A stretch of 64,000 nt of DNA from Myxococcota bacterium (GTDB taxonomy: Bacteria > Myxococcota_A > UBA9160 > JAFDDA01): assembly GCA_965228475.1 (NCBI GenBank), contig OZ245817.1, positions 1,568,001 through 1,632,000 on the forward strand, written 5' to 3'. The translations under genes were made by a program, and so were the position numbers. Positions 1-9,289 of this stretch are shown piece by piece (the stretch's first letter is position 1; each line of letters opens with the position of its first letter). Below the pieces are notes generated by a model. That model ran no database searches, had not been told where the DNA came from, and worked only from the letters and a program-made list of their open reading frames with translations.

Positions 1-609
1 GTAGTCCTCGAAGTCGCGGTAGCCCTCGTTCGTCCAGTGGTACTGCATGCCGACCCGGGGCATGAAGCCGGCCTTCTGGAGGACGCCGAGCTCGTCCGGC
101 CGGCAGAAGTTGACGTGCACCCCCGAGAAGTCGTTCTCGGTGCAGAGCTCGACCAGCCCGGCGGCGAGGGCGCCGACCCAGCCCTTCCGCTCCTTGCGCG
201 GGAGCCCCGGGCGCGTGAGGAAGCGGCCCCCGGTGACCGGCGTGAAGGGCGCCCCGACGAGGAGCTTCGGGTAGTACCGGATCCCGGCGCGCTCGGCGGC
301 GTCCGCCCAGCCCCAATCGAAGACGAACTCGCCTTCGCTGTGCCCCTTCAGGTAGAGCGGACAGGCCGCGACGACCTCGCCCGCGTCGTCGGTCGCCACG
401 AGGGGGCGCGGCAGCCAACCCGTGCGCTCGCCCACGCAGCCCGTCTCCTCGAGGGCCGCGAGGAAGTCCCAGGCCAGAAACGGCGACGCGCCCTCGGCGA
501 GTGCGTCCCAATCCTCCTTGCGAACACCGGCGACGCCTTCGTGGACGCGCAGGGTGCCGCCTTCATGGGCGCGGAGCGTGACGCCTTCGTGGGCGCGAGC
601 CTCGGACAT
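1..609 (-). CDS. FemAB-like GNAT-family protein (DUF482 type), truncated at window start
   Basis: Hand-translated from ATG 609: MSEARAHEG...WDALAEGASPFLAWDFLAALEETGCVGERTGWLPRPL...RVGMQYHWTNEGYRDFEDY, motifs typical of DUF482. Absent from the ORF track because it has no stop in the window. Confidence 0.88.
   Translation of the reverse strand, partial: MSEARAHEGVTLRAHEGGTLRVHEGVAGVRKEDWDALAEGASPFLAWDFLAALEETGCVGERTGWLPRPLVATDDAGEVVAACPLYLKGHSEGEFVFDWGWADAAERAGIRYYPKLLVGAPFTPVTGGRFLTRPGLPRKERKGWVGALAAGLVELCTENDFSGVHVNFCRPDELGVLQKAGFMPRVGMQYHWTNEGYRDFEDY
532..600. repeat. 24-bp tandem repeat, about 3 copies, encoding RAHEGVTL/RAHEGGTL/RVHEGVAG
   Basis: gacgccttcgtggacgcgcagggt / gccgccttcatgggcgcggagcgt / gacgccttcgtgggcgcgagc. 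Confidence 0.8.
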
Positions 610-653
610 CTGCGCAGGCTAGCAGGCAGAAACCCCTGACCTATGCTCCCCCC

Positions 654-1010
654 ATGCCGAGCTGGTTCGCGGCGGAGGGCCCCAAGAAGCCGGAATCCGA
701 CTGGGGAGACCCGGGGCGCGAGCGGGGCGTCGCGACGGAGACGCGGCCGAAGACCCGCCGCCCTCCGAAGTTCAAGGTCGTGCTCTACAACGACGATTAC
801 ACGCCCATGGAGTTCGTGGTGCGCGTTCTCGAGCAGATCTTCCAGAAGAGCCCGGCCGAAGCGACCCAGCTGATGCTCCAGATCCACAAGAGTGGCTTCG
901 GCATCGCAGGGGTCTACGTTCTGGAGGTCGCCGAGACCAAGGTGGCGATGGTGCACCAGGCAGCCGAGCACAGCGGCTATCCGCTGCGCGCGGGCGTGGA
1001 AGAGGAGTAA
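654..1010 (+). CDS. clpS: ATP-dependent Clp protease adaptor ClpS
   Basis: FKVVLYNDDYTPMEFVV, LMLQIHKSG, VAETKV, YPLRA motifs; directly upstream of clpA. Confidence 0.97.
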   Translation: MPSWFAAEGPKKPESDWGDPGRERGVATETRPKTRRPPKFKVVLYNDDYTPMEFVVRVLEQIFQKSPAEATQLMLQIHKSGFGIAGVYVLEVAETKVAMVHQAAEHSGYPLRAGVEEE

Positions 1011-1019
1011 GACACGGCG

Positions 1020-3266
1020 ATGGCGAGCATGGGACGGGAGCTGCAGCTGACCCTCCAGGCCGCATTGCGGGAGGCCGCGGTGCGCCGCCACGCCTTCGCG
1101 ACGGTCGAGCACCTGCTCTACGCCGTGCTCCACGACGACCGCGGCGCCCAGATCCTGCGCTCCTGCGGCGCGGACATCGCCGCCCTCAAGCAGGAGCTCC
1201 AGCGTTACTTCGCCGAGGACCTCGAGGTCGATACCGAGAGCGCCACCGGCGAGACCCGCCAGACCCTGGCCTTCCATCGGGTGGTGCAGAGCGCGATCGA
1301 ACACGTCGCGAGCGCCGAGAAGGAGGAGGCCGAGGTCGACGATCTCGTGGCCGCGATCTTCCAGGAGCCCGACTCGCATGCGGTCGGCCTCCTGCGCAAC
1401 CAGGGCGTCTCGCGCCTCGACGTCCTGAAGTTCATCTCCCACGGCATCGCCAAGGTGCCGGGGCGCTCGGAGGGCGCCGAACCCAGCGGCGCGCCCACGG
1501 GCGACCCCTTCGACGAGGAGGGAGAAGAGGGCGTCGACCCGCTCGAGGCCTTCGCGACGAACCTCACCGAGCGCGCGAGCGAGGGCAAGATCGATCCGCT
1601 CGTCGGCCGCGAAGCGGAGCTCGAGCGCATCATCCACGTCCTGGCGCGGCGCCGGAAGAACAACCCGATCCTGGTCGGCGAGACCGGCGTCGGGAAGACG
1701 GCGCTCGCCGAGGGCCTGGCGCTGCGCGTGCACGAGGGCCGCGTCCCGGCCGACATGCAGACCGCCGAGATCTTCTCCCTCGACGTCGGAGCCCTGGTCG
1801 CGGGGACGCGCTACCGCGGCGACTTCGAGGCCCGCTTCAAGGCGCTCATCGCGGCGGTGCTCGAGCGCGAGAATCCGATCGTCTTCATCGACGAGATCCA
1901 CTCGATCCTCGGCGCGGGCGCGGCCCAGGGCGGCGCCGTCGACGCCTCGAGCATGCTGAAGCCGATGCTCGCCTCGGGCGAGCTGCGCTGCATGGGCAGC
2001 ACGACCTACGCCGAGTACCGGCACTTCGAGCGCGACCGCGCGCTCTCGCGGCGCTTCCAGCGTATCGACGTCCACGAGCCGAGCGTCGAGGAGAGCATCG
2101 AGATCCTGAAGGGGATCGCCTCGAAGTACGAAGAGCACCACGGCGTGAAGTTCACGAAGCCCGCCCTCGAAGCCGCCGTGCGGCTCTCCGAGAAACACCT
2201 CCAGGACCGCTTCCTCCCGGACAAGGCCATCGACGTGATGGACGAGGCGGGTGCCGCGATGCGCCTGAAGCCCGGGAAGAAGCGCAAGAGCGTCGGCGTT
2301 CCGGACATGGAGAAGACGGTCGCGCGCATTGCCGGCGTCCCCGTGGCCCAGGTCTCGACCCAGGACCGGGTCCGCCTCGAGAACCTCGAGGCCGACCTCA
2401 TGAAGGTCGTCTTCGGCCAGGACGACGCGATCCGGACCGTGACCCGGGCCGTGAAGCGCGCGCGCGCCGGGCTCGGGAATCCGGATCACCCGATCGGAAA
2501 GTTCCTCTTCACCGGCCCGACGGGCGTCGGCAAGACGGAGCTCGCGCGGCAGCTCGCCGAGACCCTGGGCGTCCCCTTCCAGCGCTTCGACATGAGCGAG
2601 TACAGCGAGCGGCACTCCGTGGCGCGGCTGATCGGCGCGCCTCCGGGTTACGTCGGCTACGACCAGGGCGGGCAGCTCGTCGAAGGGATCCGCAAGAACC
2701 CCTACACGGTGCTCCTGCTCGACGAGATCGAGAAGGCCCACCCCGAAGTCTTCGACGTGCTGCTCCAGGTGATGGACCACGCGACGCTCACGGACAACAT
2801 GGGGCGCAAGGCGGACTTCCGCCACGTCACCCTGATCATGACCTCCAACGTCGGCGCGCGGGACGCTTCGCGCCGGGCGATCGGCTTCTCCGGGGGCCGC
2901 AAGGGCGGCGAGGACGTGGCCATCGAGCGCATGTTCAGCCCCGAGTTCCGCAACCGGCTCGACGCCGTCGTGCAGTTCGCGCCGCTCACGCCCGAGGTCA
3001 TGGGCCACGTCGTCGACAAGTTCGTGAAGCTCGTGGAGGCGCGGCTCGCGGAGAAGGGCATCACCCTCGAGCTCACTGCCGAGGCGCGCGCCTGGCTCGC
3101 GGAGAAGGGCTACGACCCGGACTTCGGCGCCCGCCCCCTCGACCGCGTCATCCAGAACGAGCTCGAGGACCGCCTCGCGGACGAAGTCCTCTTCGGCGAC
3201 CTCGGCAAGGGCGGCACCGTCACCGTCGACCGCGGCGAGGACAGGCTGGTCTTCCGCTTGAGCTAG
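1020..3266 (+). CDS. clpA: ATP-dependent Clp protease ATP-binding subunit ClpA
   Basis: Clp N-domain, RRRKNNPILVGETGVGKT and FTGPTGVGKT Walker A motifs, IGF ClpP-binding loop, 748 aa, follows clpS. Confidence 0.96.
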   Translation: MASMGRELQLTLQAALREAAVRRHAFATVEHLLYAVLHDDRGAQILRSCGADIAALKQELQRYFAEDLEVDTESATGETRQTLAFHRVVQSAIEHVASAEKEEAEVDDLVAAIFQEPDSHAVGLLRNQGVSRLDVLKFISHGIAKVPGRSEGAEPSGAPTGDPFDEEGEEGVDPLEAFATNLTERASEGKIDPLVGREAELERIIHVLARRRKNNPILVGETGVGKTALAEGLALRVHEGRVPADMQTAEIFSLDVGALVAGTRYRGDFEARFKALIAAVLERENPIVFIDEIHSILGAGAAQGGAVDASSMLKPMLASGELRCMGSTTYAEYRHFERDRALSRRFQRIDVHEPSVEESIEILKGIASKYEEHHGVKFTKPALEAAVRLSEKHLQDRFLPDKAIDVMDEAGAAMRLKPGKKRKSVGVPDMEKTVARIAGVPVAQVSTQDRVRLENLEADLMKVVFGQDDAIRTVTRAVKRARAGLGNPDHPIGKFLFTGPTGVGKTELARQLAETLGVPFQRFDMSEYSERHSVARLIGAPPGYVGYDQGGQLVEGIRKNPYTVLLLDEIEKAHPEVFDVLLQVMDHATLTDNMGRKADFRHVTLIMTSNVGARDASRRAIGFSGGRKGGEDVAIERMFSPEFRNRLDAVVQFAPLTPEVMGHVVDKFVKLVEARLAEKGITLELTAEARAWLAEKGYDPDFGARPLDRVIQNELEDRLADEVLFGDLGKGGTVTVDRGEDRLVFRLS

Positions 3267-4753
3267 ACCTCGGCGCCGAGGCGCCGCTTCCAGCGGCCTC
3301 GCAGGAAGACGAAGGCCAGGATCGCCGAGCGGGCGAGGTGGTCGAACACGAGGCACCACCACATCCAGACCGTCGGCAGCTCGAGGATGCGCGAGCAGAG
3401 GAAGCCGAGCGGAACGCGGAAGACCCAGTTGCCGATGCCCGCGGCGACGAGCGGCGTCATCGTGTCGCCGGCGCCGCGCAGGGCTCCCGCCAGGGTGAAG
3501 TGCAGTCCGAGCAGCGGCTGCGAGAGCGCGAGCAGCAGCATGAAGGGCACGAGCTCGGCGATCACGCCCTCGTCGATGCTGAAGGCGCGGGCCAGGGGCT
3601 CCCGGCCGATCGCGAACACGATGCCGAGCACGACGGAGACGGCCACGGCCATCCGCACCGAGCGCCATCCCGCGCGCTGGGCGATCTCGGGCTCGCTCGC
3701 GCCGAGCGCCTGGCCGACCAGCGTCGAGGAGGCGACCGAGAAGCCGACCCCCGGGATCCAGGTGAAGGAGAGGATCCGGATCCCGATCGTGTAGGCGGCG
3801 ACGGCGGCGCTGCCGTAGCTCCCGAGCATGGCGAAGTAGGACATCATCGCCGTGTTCATGAGCACGCGTTCGCCGACCGCGGGGAGCGAGATCCGCAGCA
3901 CCTGGGGCATCACCGCGCGCGAGGCGCGGAAATCCTGCCAGCGCAGGCGGAGCACCGGGTCGGTCCCGCGCCGCAGCACCGCGAAGACGAACAGCACGAG
4001 CCCGAAGGCCAGGGAGACGGCGGTGGCGATGCCCGCACCGACGAGCTCCATGCGCGGGAACCCGAAGAGTCCGAAGATCAGCACCGCGTTCAGGGCGGTC
4101 TTCACGACCGTGATCACCCCGGCCACCACCATGGGCGTGCGGGTGTCCTTGACCGCGCGCATGGCGCTCTCGATCGTGAGCGAGACGGCGAGGAGCGGGG
4201 TCGTGCCGAGCACCAGCAGGAAGTAGGGGCGGGCGAGGGCCACGACCTCGGGCTCCGCGTCGAGCAGGCGCAGGAAGAGGCTCGGGGCGAGGAAGGCGGC
4301 TCCGGTGATCACGCCGGCGAAGCCGAGGGCCACGATCAGGGTTCCGGCGAAGGCGCTCCGCGCGCGGCCGGGCTCCCCCGCGCCCACCGCGCGCGACATC
4401 ATCGCCACGCAGGCGATGCCGATCGAGAAGATCACGGACTGGGTGAGCCAGACGTACTGGGTCGTGTAGCCGACGGCCGCGACGGCCTCGCGGGTGAGCC
4501 GGCCGACCATGGCGATGTCCACGAGCGAGACGGCGCTCGCGAGCACCTGGGAGAGGATCACCGGCCAGGCGAGGGCCCAGATCTCCCCGTCCGTCCCCTG
4601 CGTCGGCGCGTGGGGCGCTTCGGGCTGGGGCGTCGCCGCGGCCGCCGCGACGGCCGCCGAGGGCAGGGCCGGCGCGGCCTCCGGGTCGCCGTACTCGGCA
4701 ACCTCGTCGCGGACTTCGTGGCTGACGTCTTCTTCGTCTCGCGGGTCGGGCAT
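3263..4753 (-). CDS. MATE family efflux transporter
   Basis: About 12 hydrophobic segments; LAWPVILSQ, VDIAMVGRL, RAVKDTRTPM and LRGAGDTMTP motifs. Confidence 0.93.
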   Translation of the reverse strand: MPDPRDEEDVSHEVRDEVAEYGDPEAAPALPSAAVAAAAATPQPEAPHAPTQGTDGEIWALAWPVILSQVLASAVSLVDIAMVGRLTREAVAAVGYTTQYVWLTQSVIFSIGIACVAMMSRAVGAGEPGRARSAFAGTLIVALGFAGVITGAAFLAPSLFLRLLDAEPEVVALARPYFLLVLGTTPLLAVSLTIESAMRAVKDTRTPMVVAGVITVVKTALNAVLIFGLFGFPRMELVGAGIATAVSLAFGLVLFVFAVLRRGTDPVLRLRWQDFRASRAVMPQVLRISLPAVGERVLMNTAMMSYFAMLGSYGSAAVAAYTIGIRILSFTWIPGVGFSVASSTLVGQALGASEPEIAQRAGWRSVRMAVAVSVVLGIVFAIGREPLARAFSIDEGVIAELVPFMLLLALSQPLLGLHFTLAGALRGAGDTMTPLVAAGIGNWVFRVPLGFLCSRILELPTVWMWWCLVFDHLARSAILAFVFLRGRWKRRLGAEV

Positions 4754-5758
4754 CTATCCCCGGCCGCTGGCGTCGCCATCTCGATGGTGCCCGCTGGCGT
4801 CGCCATCTTCGCTGCGGCCGCCCGGGTCTCCGTGACGAAGCTCGGCGGGGAGCTGGAAGACGACGCCTTCGTCCACGCGGGGCAGGGCGTCGAGCCGGAA
4901 GTCTCCGGGCGCGAGTTCGCGGAGCCGGTCGATGACCTGCTCGACCAGCACCTCGGGCGCCGAGGCCCCGGCGGTCAGTCCGACGCAGTCGGCGCCTTCG
5001 AGCCAGGCCGGCTGGATGTCGTCGGCGCTCTCGACGAGATAGGCGCGGGAGCCGCGCTTCTCGGCCAGCTCGACGAGGCGGTTGCTGTTGCTCGACGTCG
5101 GCGCGCCGACCACGAGCACCACGTCGGCGCGCTCGGACAGGGTCTTCACCGCGTTCTGGCGGTTCTGCGTGGCGTAACAGATGTCGTCCTTGCGGGGCAG
5201 GGCGATCTGCGGGAAGCGGGCGCGCAGGGCTTCCATGATCTCGGCGGTGTCGTCCACCGAGAGCGTCGTCTGGGTGAGGCAGGCCAGGCGCGCCGGGTCC
5301 TTCACTTCCAGGGCCGCGACGTCGTCGACCGTCTCGACGAGGTGCATCTTGTCCGGCGCGTGGCCCATGGTGCCCTCGACCTCGACGTGGCCGGCGTGGC
5401 CGACCAGCACGATCTCGAAATCCTCCCGGGCGAAGCGGCCAGCTTCGACGTGGACCTTCGTGACGAGCGGACAGGTCGCGTCGAGCGTACGCAGGCCGCG
5501 ATCGGCGGCGGCGGCTACGACCGCGGGGGAGACGCCGTGGGCGCTGAAGACGAGCAGCGCACCCTCGGGCGCGTCCGCCGGGTCCTCGATGAAGACGGCG
5601 CCCTTCGCGCGCAGGGAATCGACGACGTGGCGGTTGTGCACGATCTCGTGGCGCACGTACACGGGCGGGCCGAACCGCTCGAGGGCGATCTCCACGATCT
5701 CGATGGCGCGGTCCACGCCCGCGCAGAAACCGCGCGGGCTCGCGAGAACGACTTCCAT
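4754..5758 (-). CDS. ispH: 4-hydroxy-3-methylbut-2-enyl diphosphate reductase
   Basis: [52 protein letters not shown]. Start placed at ATG 5758 ([10 protein letters not shown]). Confidence 0.96.
   Translation of the reverse strand: MEVVLASPRGFCAGVDRAIEIVEIALERFGPPVYVRHEIVHNRHVVDSLRAKGAVFIEDPADAPEGALLVFSAHGVSPAVVAAAADRGLRTLDATCPLVTKVHVEAGRFAREDFEIVLVGHAGHVEVEGTMGHAPDKMHLVETVDDVAALEVKDPARLACLTQTTLSVDDTAEIMEALRARFPQIALPRKDDICYATQNRQNAVKTLSERADVVLVVGAPTSSNSNRLVELAEKRGSRAYLVESADDIQPAWLEGADCVGLTAGASAPEVLVEQVIDRLRELAPGDFRLDALPRVDEGVVFQLPAELRHGDPGGRSEDGDASGHHRDGDASGRG
4764..4808. repeat. 18-bp direct repeat (27-bp period) in the ispH C-terminal extension
   Basis: ccgctggcgtcgccatct at 4764 and 4791, encoding DGDASG twice. 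Confidence 0.7.
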
Positions 5759-5859
5759 GGCGGGCAAGGTAACAGACTCCATCTCGGCCCCCTGCTACAC
5801 TCCCGCTCCGCAAAGGGCACCCGCTCCCGGCGAGGTGCCCCCCGCCGCAAGGAGTCTCC

Positions 5860-7059
5860 ATGTCCGACCTCGACGCCTTCCGCTCCGAGATCCGCAGCTG
5901 GATCGAGGAGAACGCGCCGAAATCCCTCCACGGCCGAGGCGCGAATCAGCTCGAGGGCGTCTGGGGCGGCAAGAAGTGGGTTTTCGACGAACCCGACAAG
6001 AAGGTCTGGCTCGACCGCTGCGCCGAGCGGGGCTTCACCGCACCGACCTGGCCGAAGGAATACGGCGGAGGCGGGCTCTCCCCCGCGGAGGCCAAGGTGC
6101 TCGGCCAGGAGATGGGCCGCCTGCGCATTCCGCCGCCGCTGATCGGCTTCGGCCTCACGATGATCGGGCCGACCCTGCTGCGCTTCGGGAACGAGGAGCA
6201 GAAGCAGGAGCACCTGCCGAAGATCTGCCGCGGTGAGATCCGCTGGTGTCAGGGGTACTCGGAGCCGGACGCGGGCTCGGACCTCGCCTCCCTCTCGACG
6301 CGCGCCCTCCGCGACGGCGACGACTTCGTCATCACCGGCCACAAGGTCTGGACCTCCTACGCGGACGAGGCCGACTGGATCTTCGCGCTGGTGCGGACCG
6401 ACCCCGAGGTCAAGAAACAGGAAGGCATCACCTTCATCCTGATCGACATGGAGACGCCGGGCGTGAGCGTGCGGCCGATCAAGCTGATCAGCGGCTCCTC
6501 GCCCTTCTGCGAGACGATGTTCGATGAAGTTCGCGCTCCCGTGCGCAACGTCGTCCACGAGATCAACGCCGGCTGGACCGTCGCCAAGGCGCTGCTCGGC
6601 CACGAGCGCAGCATGATCGCCGACGCCTTCGGCGGGGGCGCCGGCGGGACGAGCAAGAAGAAGAAGGGCCTCGCGGGGCTCGCCCGGGACTACGTCGGCG
6701 GCAACGGCGCTCTCGCGGATCCGGTCCTGCGCGACGACATCGCCCGCATGGAGATGGACACGCGGGCCTTCCTGCTGACCGTGCAGCGCGCGAAGGACGC
6801 CGCCAAGGCCGGCCAGCAGCCCGGGCCGGAATCCTCGCTCTTCAAGATCCACGGCACCGAACTCAACCAGGCGCGCAACGAGCTGATGATGCGGATCGCC
6901 GGCCCGAACGCCCTCGGCTGGGAAGGCCCGGGCTTCGACGAGGACGAGCTCGCCCGCACGCGCGACTGGCTTCGCTCGCGCGGCAACTCGATCGAAGGCG
7001 GCACGTCCGAAGTCCAGCTCAACATCATCGCCAAGCACGTGCTCGGCCTGCCGGATTGA
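5860..7059 (+). CDS. Acyl-CoA dehydrogenase (probable catalytic subunit of a heteromeric pair)
   Basis: WCQGYSEPDAGSDLASL, GHKVWTS, LGHER, SIEGGTSEVQ; SD aaggag upstream. Confidence 0.93.
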   Translation: MSDLDAFRSEIRSWIEENAPKSLHGRGANQLEGVWGGKKWVFDEPDKKVWLDRCAERGFTAPTWPKEYGGGGLSPAEAKVLGQEMGRLRIPPPLIGFGLTMIGPTLLRFGNEEQKQEHLPKICRGEIRWCQGYSEPDAGSDLASLSTRALRDGDDFVITGHKVWTSYADEADWIFALVRTDPEVKKQEGITFILIDMETPGVSVRPIKLISGSSPFCETMFDEVRAPVRNVVHEINAGWTVAKALLGHERSMIADAFGGGAGGTSKKKKGLAGLARDYVGGNGALADPVLRDDIARMEMDTRAFLLTVQRAKDAAKAGQQPGPESSLFKIHGTELNQARNELMMRIAGPNALGWEGPGFDEDELARTRDWLRSRGNSIEGGTSEVQLNIIAKHVLGLPD

Positions 7060-7061
7060 CC

Positions 7062-8177
7062 ATGCAACTCGTTCTCACCGAAGACCAGGAACTCCTCGCC
7101 AAGACCGCGGCCGACTTCGTCGCGGAGAAGTCGCCGGTTGCCCGGATGCGCGCGCTGCGCGACACGAACGACGCCACGGGATTCTCCCGCGAGCTCTGGA
7201 AGGAGATGGCGGAGCTCGGCTGGGTCGGGATTCCCTTCGCCGAGGAGTACGGCGGGGCCGAGATGGGTCTCGCGGAGCTCGTCGTGGTGCTCGAGGCGCT
7301 CGGCAAGACGCTCGCGCCGGAGCCCTTCCTTTCGACGGTGCTGCTCGGCGGGCGCGCCCTCGCGGCCGGCGGGAGCGACGCCCAGCGTTCCGAGTGGCTC
7401 CCGAAGGTCGTGGAGGGCGAGGCGATCGTCGCGCTGGCCTACCAGGAGGCGGGGAGCCGCCACGACGCCCACCGCATCGAGACCGTCGCGAAGCCCGACG
7501 GCGGGGGATTCCTGCTCTCCGGCGAGAAGGTCCAGGTGCTGGACGGGCACGTGGCCGACGTCCTCGTCGTCTCGGCGAAGACGGGCGACGGCACGGGCCT
7601 CTTCGTGCTGCGCGCGGACGCTCCCGGCGTCACGATCACGCGCCAGCGCCGCATCGACGAGCGCAACGCGGCGCTCGTCGCCCTCGACGGCGCCCGGGCC
7701 GAAGCGCTCGGGGACGGCACGAACGGTGCGGCGATCCTCGACGATGCGATCGCCCGCGCGAGCGTCGGGATCTCGGCGGAGCTCCTCGGCAACATGCAGG
7801 AGGCCTTCGCCCGGACCCTCGACTACATGAAGACGCGCGAGCAGTTCGGCACCGTGATCGGGAGCTTCCAGGCCTTGAAGCACCGGGCGGCGCGCGAGTT
7901 CATCGCGATCGAGCTCTCGCGCTCGACGGTGATGGCCGCCGCGCGCGCCGTCGACGCCGGCGACCCGGAGGCCGCCAAGCTCGTGTCCCTGGCGAAGGCG
8001 CAGTGCACCGAGGCCGCGCTCCTCGTGGCGAACGAGTCCGTGCAGATGCTCGGCGGGATCGGCATGACCGACGAGCACGACATCGGCTTCTACCTGAAGC
8101 GCGCCCGCGCCGCCGAGATGAGCTTCGGGGACGCCGCCTGGCACCGCGCCCGCTGGGCCGAGCTCTCGGAGTACTAG
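7062..8177 (+). CDS. Acyl-CoA dehydrogenase (partner subunit)
   Basis: REQFGTVIGSFQALKHR, QMLGGIGMTDEHD; starts 2 bp after the preceding ACAD stop. Confidence 0.92.
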   Translation: MQLVLTEDQELLAKTAADFVAEKSPVARMRALRDTNDATGFSRELWKEMAELGWVGIPFAEEYGGAEMGLAELVVVLEALGKTLAPEPFLSTVLLGGRALAAGGSDAQRSEWLPKVVEGEAIVALAYQEAGSRHDAHRIETVAKPDGGGFLLSGEKVQVLDGHVADVLVVSAKTGDGTGLFVLRADAPGVTITRQRRIDERNAALVALDGARAEALGDGTNGAAILDDAIARASVGISAELLGNMQEAFARTLDYMKTREQFGTVIGSFQALKHRAAREFIAIELSRSTVMAAARAVDAGDPEAAKLVSLAKAQCTEAALLVANESVQMLGGIGMTDEHDIGFYLKRARAAEMSFGDAAWHRARWAELSEY

Positions 8178-8223
8178 TCCGGATGAGCCCGCTCGCGCGA
8201 CCGCAGCGATCCCGGGGGCCGCG

Positions 8224-9252
8224 TTGAACCGCACCGAGCGGCTGCTGCGCGCGTGCCGCGGCGAGCCCGTCGACCGGCCTCCCGTCTGGCTGATGCGCCA
8301 GGCCGGCCGCTACCTGCCCGAGTACCGCAACGTGCGCGAGGGCGTCTCGTTCCTCGAGATGTGCCGGGACGTCGACCGCGCCGTCGAGGTCTCGCTCCAG
8401 CCGCTGTCGCTGGTCGGGACCGAGGCCGTGATCTTCTTCTCGGACATCTTCGTCCCGGTGGAGGGGATGGGCGTCGACCTCGACTTCAAGCCCGGCCCGG
8501 TGATGGCCGAGCCGATCCGCACGCGCGCCCAGGTCGACGCCCTGCGCAATCCGGACCCGCGCGAATCCGTCCCCCACGTGTTCGAGATCCTGCGGACCCT
8601 GCGCGGCGAGCTCGAGAAGCACGAAGCGCCGCTCCTCGGCTTTGCCGGCGCGCCGTTCACCCTGGCCTGCTACATGGTCGAGGGGCAGGGCTCGCGGCAC
8701 TTCAGCACGGTGAAGCGCATGATGTACCGCGAGCCGGAGCTCTTCGCGGCCCTGCTCGACGCCCTCGCCGACATGACCGTCGCCTACTTGAATGCCCAGA
8801 TCGAAGCCGGCGCCCAGGCGGTCCAGCTCTTCGACACCTGGGCCGGGATGCTCGGCCCGGAGGACTACCGCCGCTGGGCCCTGCCGATCCACCAGCGCAT
8901 CGCGGCCCAGCTCGACCGCGAAAAGGCGCCCCTGATCCTCTACGTGACCGACGGCGGGCACGTCGTCGACGAGATGATCGAGGCCGGGCCCGACGTGATC
9001 TCCCTCGACTGGCGTCTCGACCTGGCCGACGCCGCCCGCCGCGCCGGGGACCGCGTGAGCATCCAAGGGAACTTCGACCCGACGTCCCTGCACGCACCGC
9101 CCGAGGAGATCGCCCGCCGGGTCCGGGAGATGGCCGCGGCCGGCTCCGCCGCGCGCGGCCACATCCTGAACCTCGGCCACGGCTGTCACCCCGACACCCC
9201 GGTGGAAGGCGTGCGGGCCTTCACCGACGCGGCGCGCGCGCTCGGCCAGTGA
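8224..9252 (+). CDS. hemE: Uroporphyrinogen decarboxylase
   Basis: PVWLMRQAGRYLPEY, FSDI, GFAGAPFTLACY, QLFDTW, LNLGHG; TTG start. Confidence 0.96.
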   Translation: MNRTERLLRACRGEPVDRPPVWLMRQAGRYLPEYRNVREGVSFLEMCRDVDRAVEVSLQPLSLVGTEAVIFFSDIFVPVEGMGVDLDFKPGPVMAEPIRTRAQVDALRNPDPRESVPHVFEILRTLRGELEKHEAPLLGFAGAPFTLACYMVEGQGSRHFSTVKRMMYREPELFAALLDALADMTVAYLNAQIEAGAQAVQLFDTWAGMLGPEDYRRWALPIHQRIAAQLDREKAPLILYVTDGGHVVDEMIEAGPDVISLDWRLDLADAARRAGDRVSIQGNFDPTSLHAPPEEIARRVREMAAAGSAARGHILNLGHGCHPDTPVEGVRAFTDAARALGQ

Positions 9253-9289
9253 GCGCGGTCAGGCAGACCGGATCATCCGAGACCTCCGC

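Noticed and set aside
348..5861. 1837-aa minus-strand ORF and other very long overlapping ORFs (3338..6142, 13059..16550, 20609..24292, 27042..32153, 36097..39792, 41113..46476, 46488..49607, 57730..60693)
   Set aside because: They are shadow frames of real high-GC3 genes: Arg/Pro/Gly-rich or antisense-patterned, with no motifs, and fully overlapping well-supported CDSs or tRNAs.
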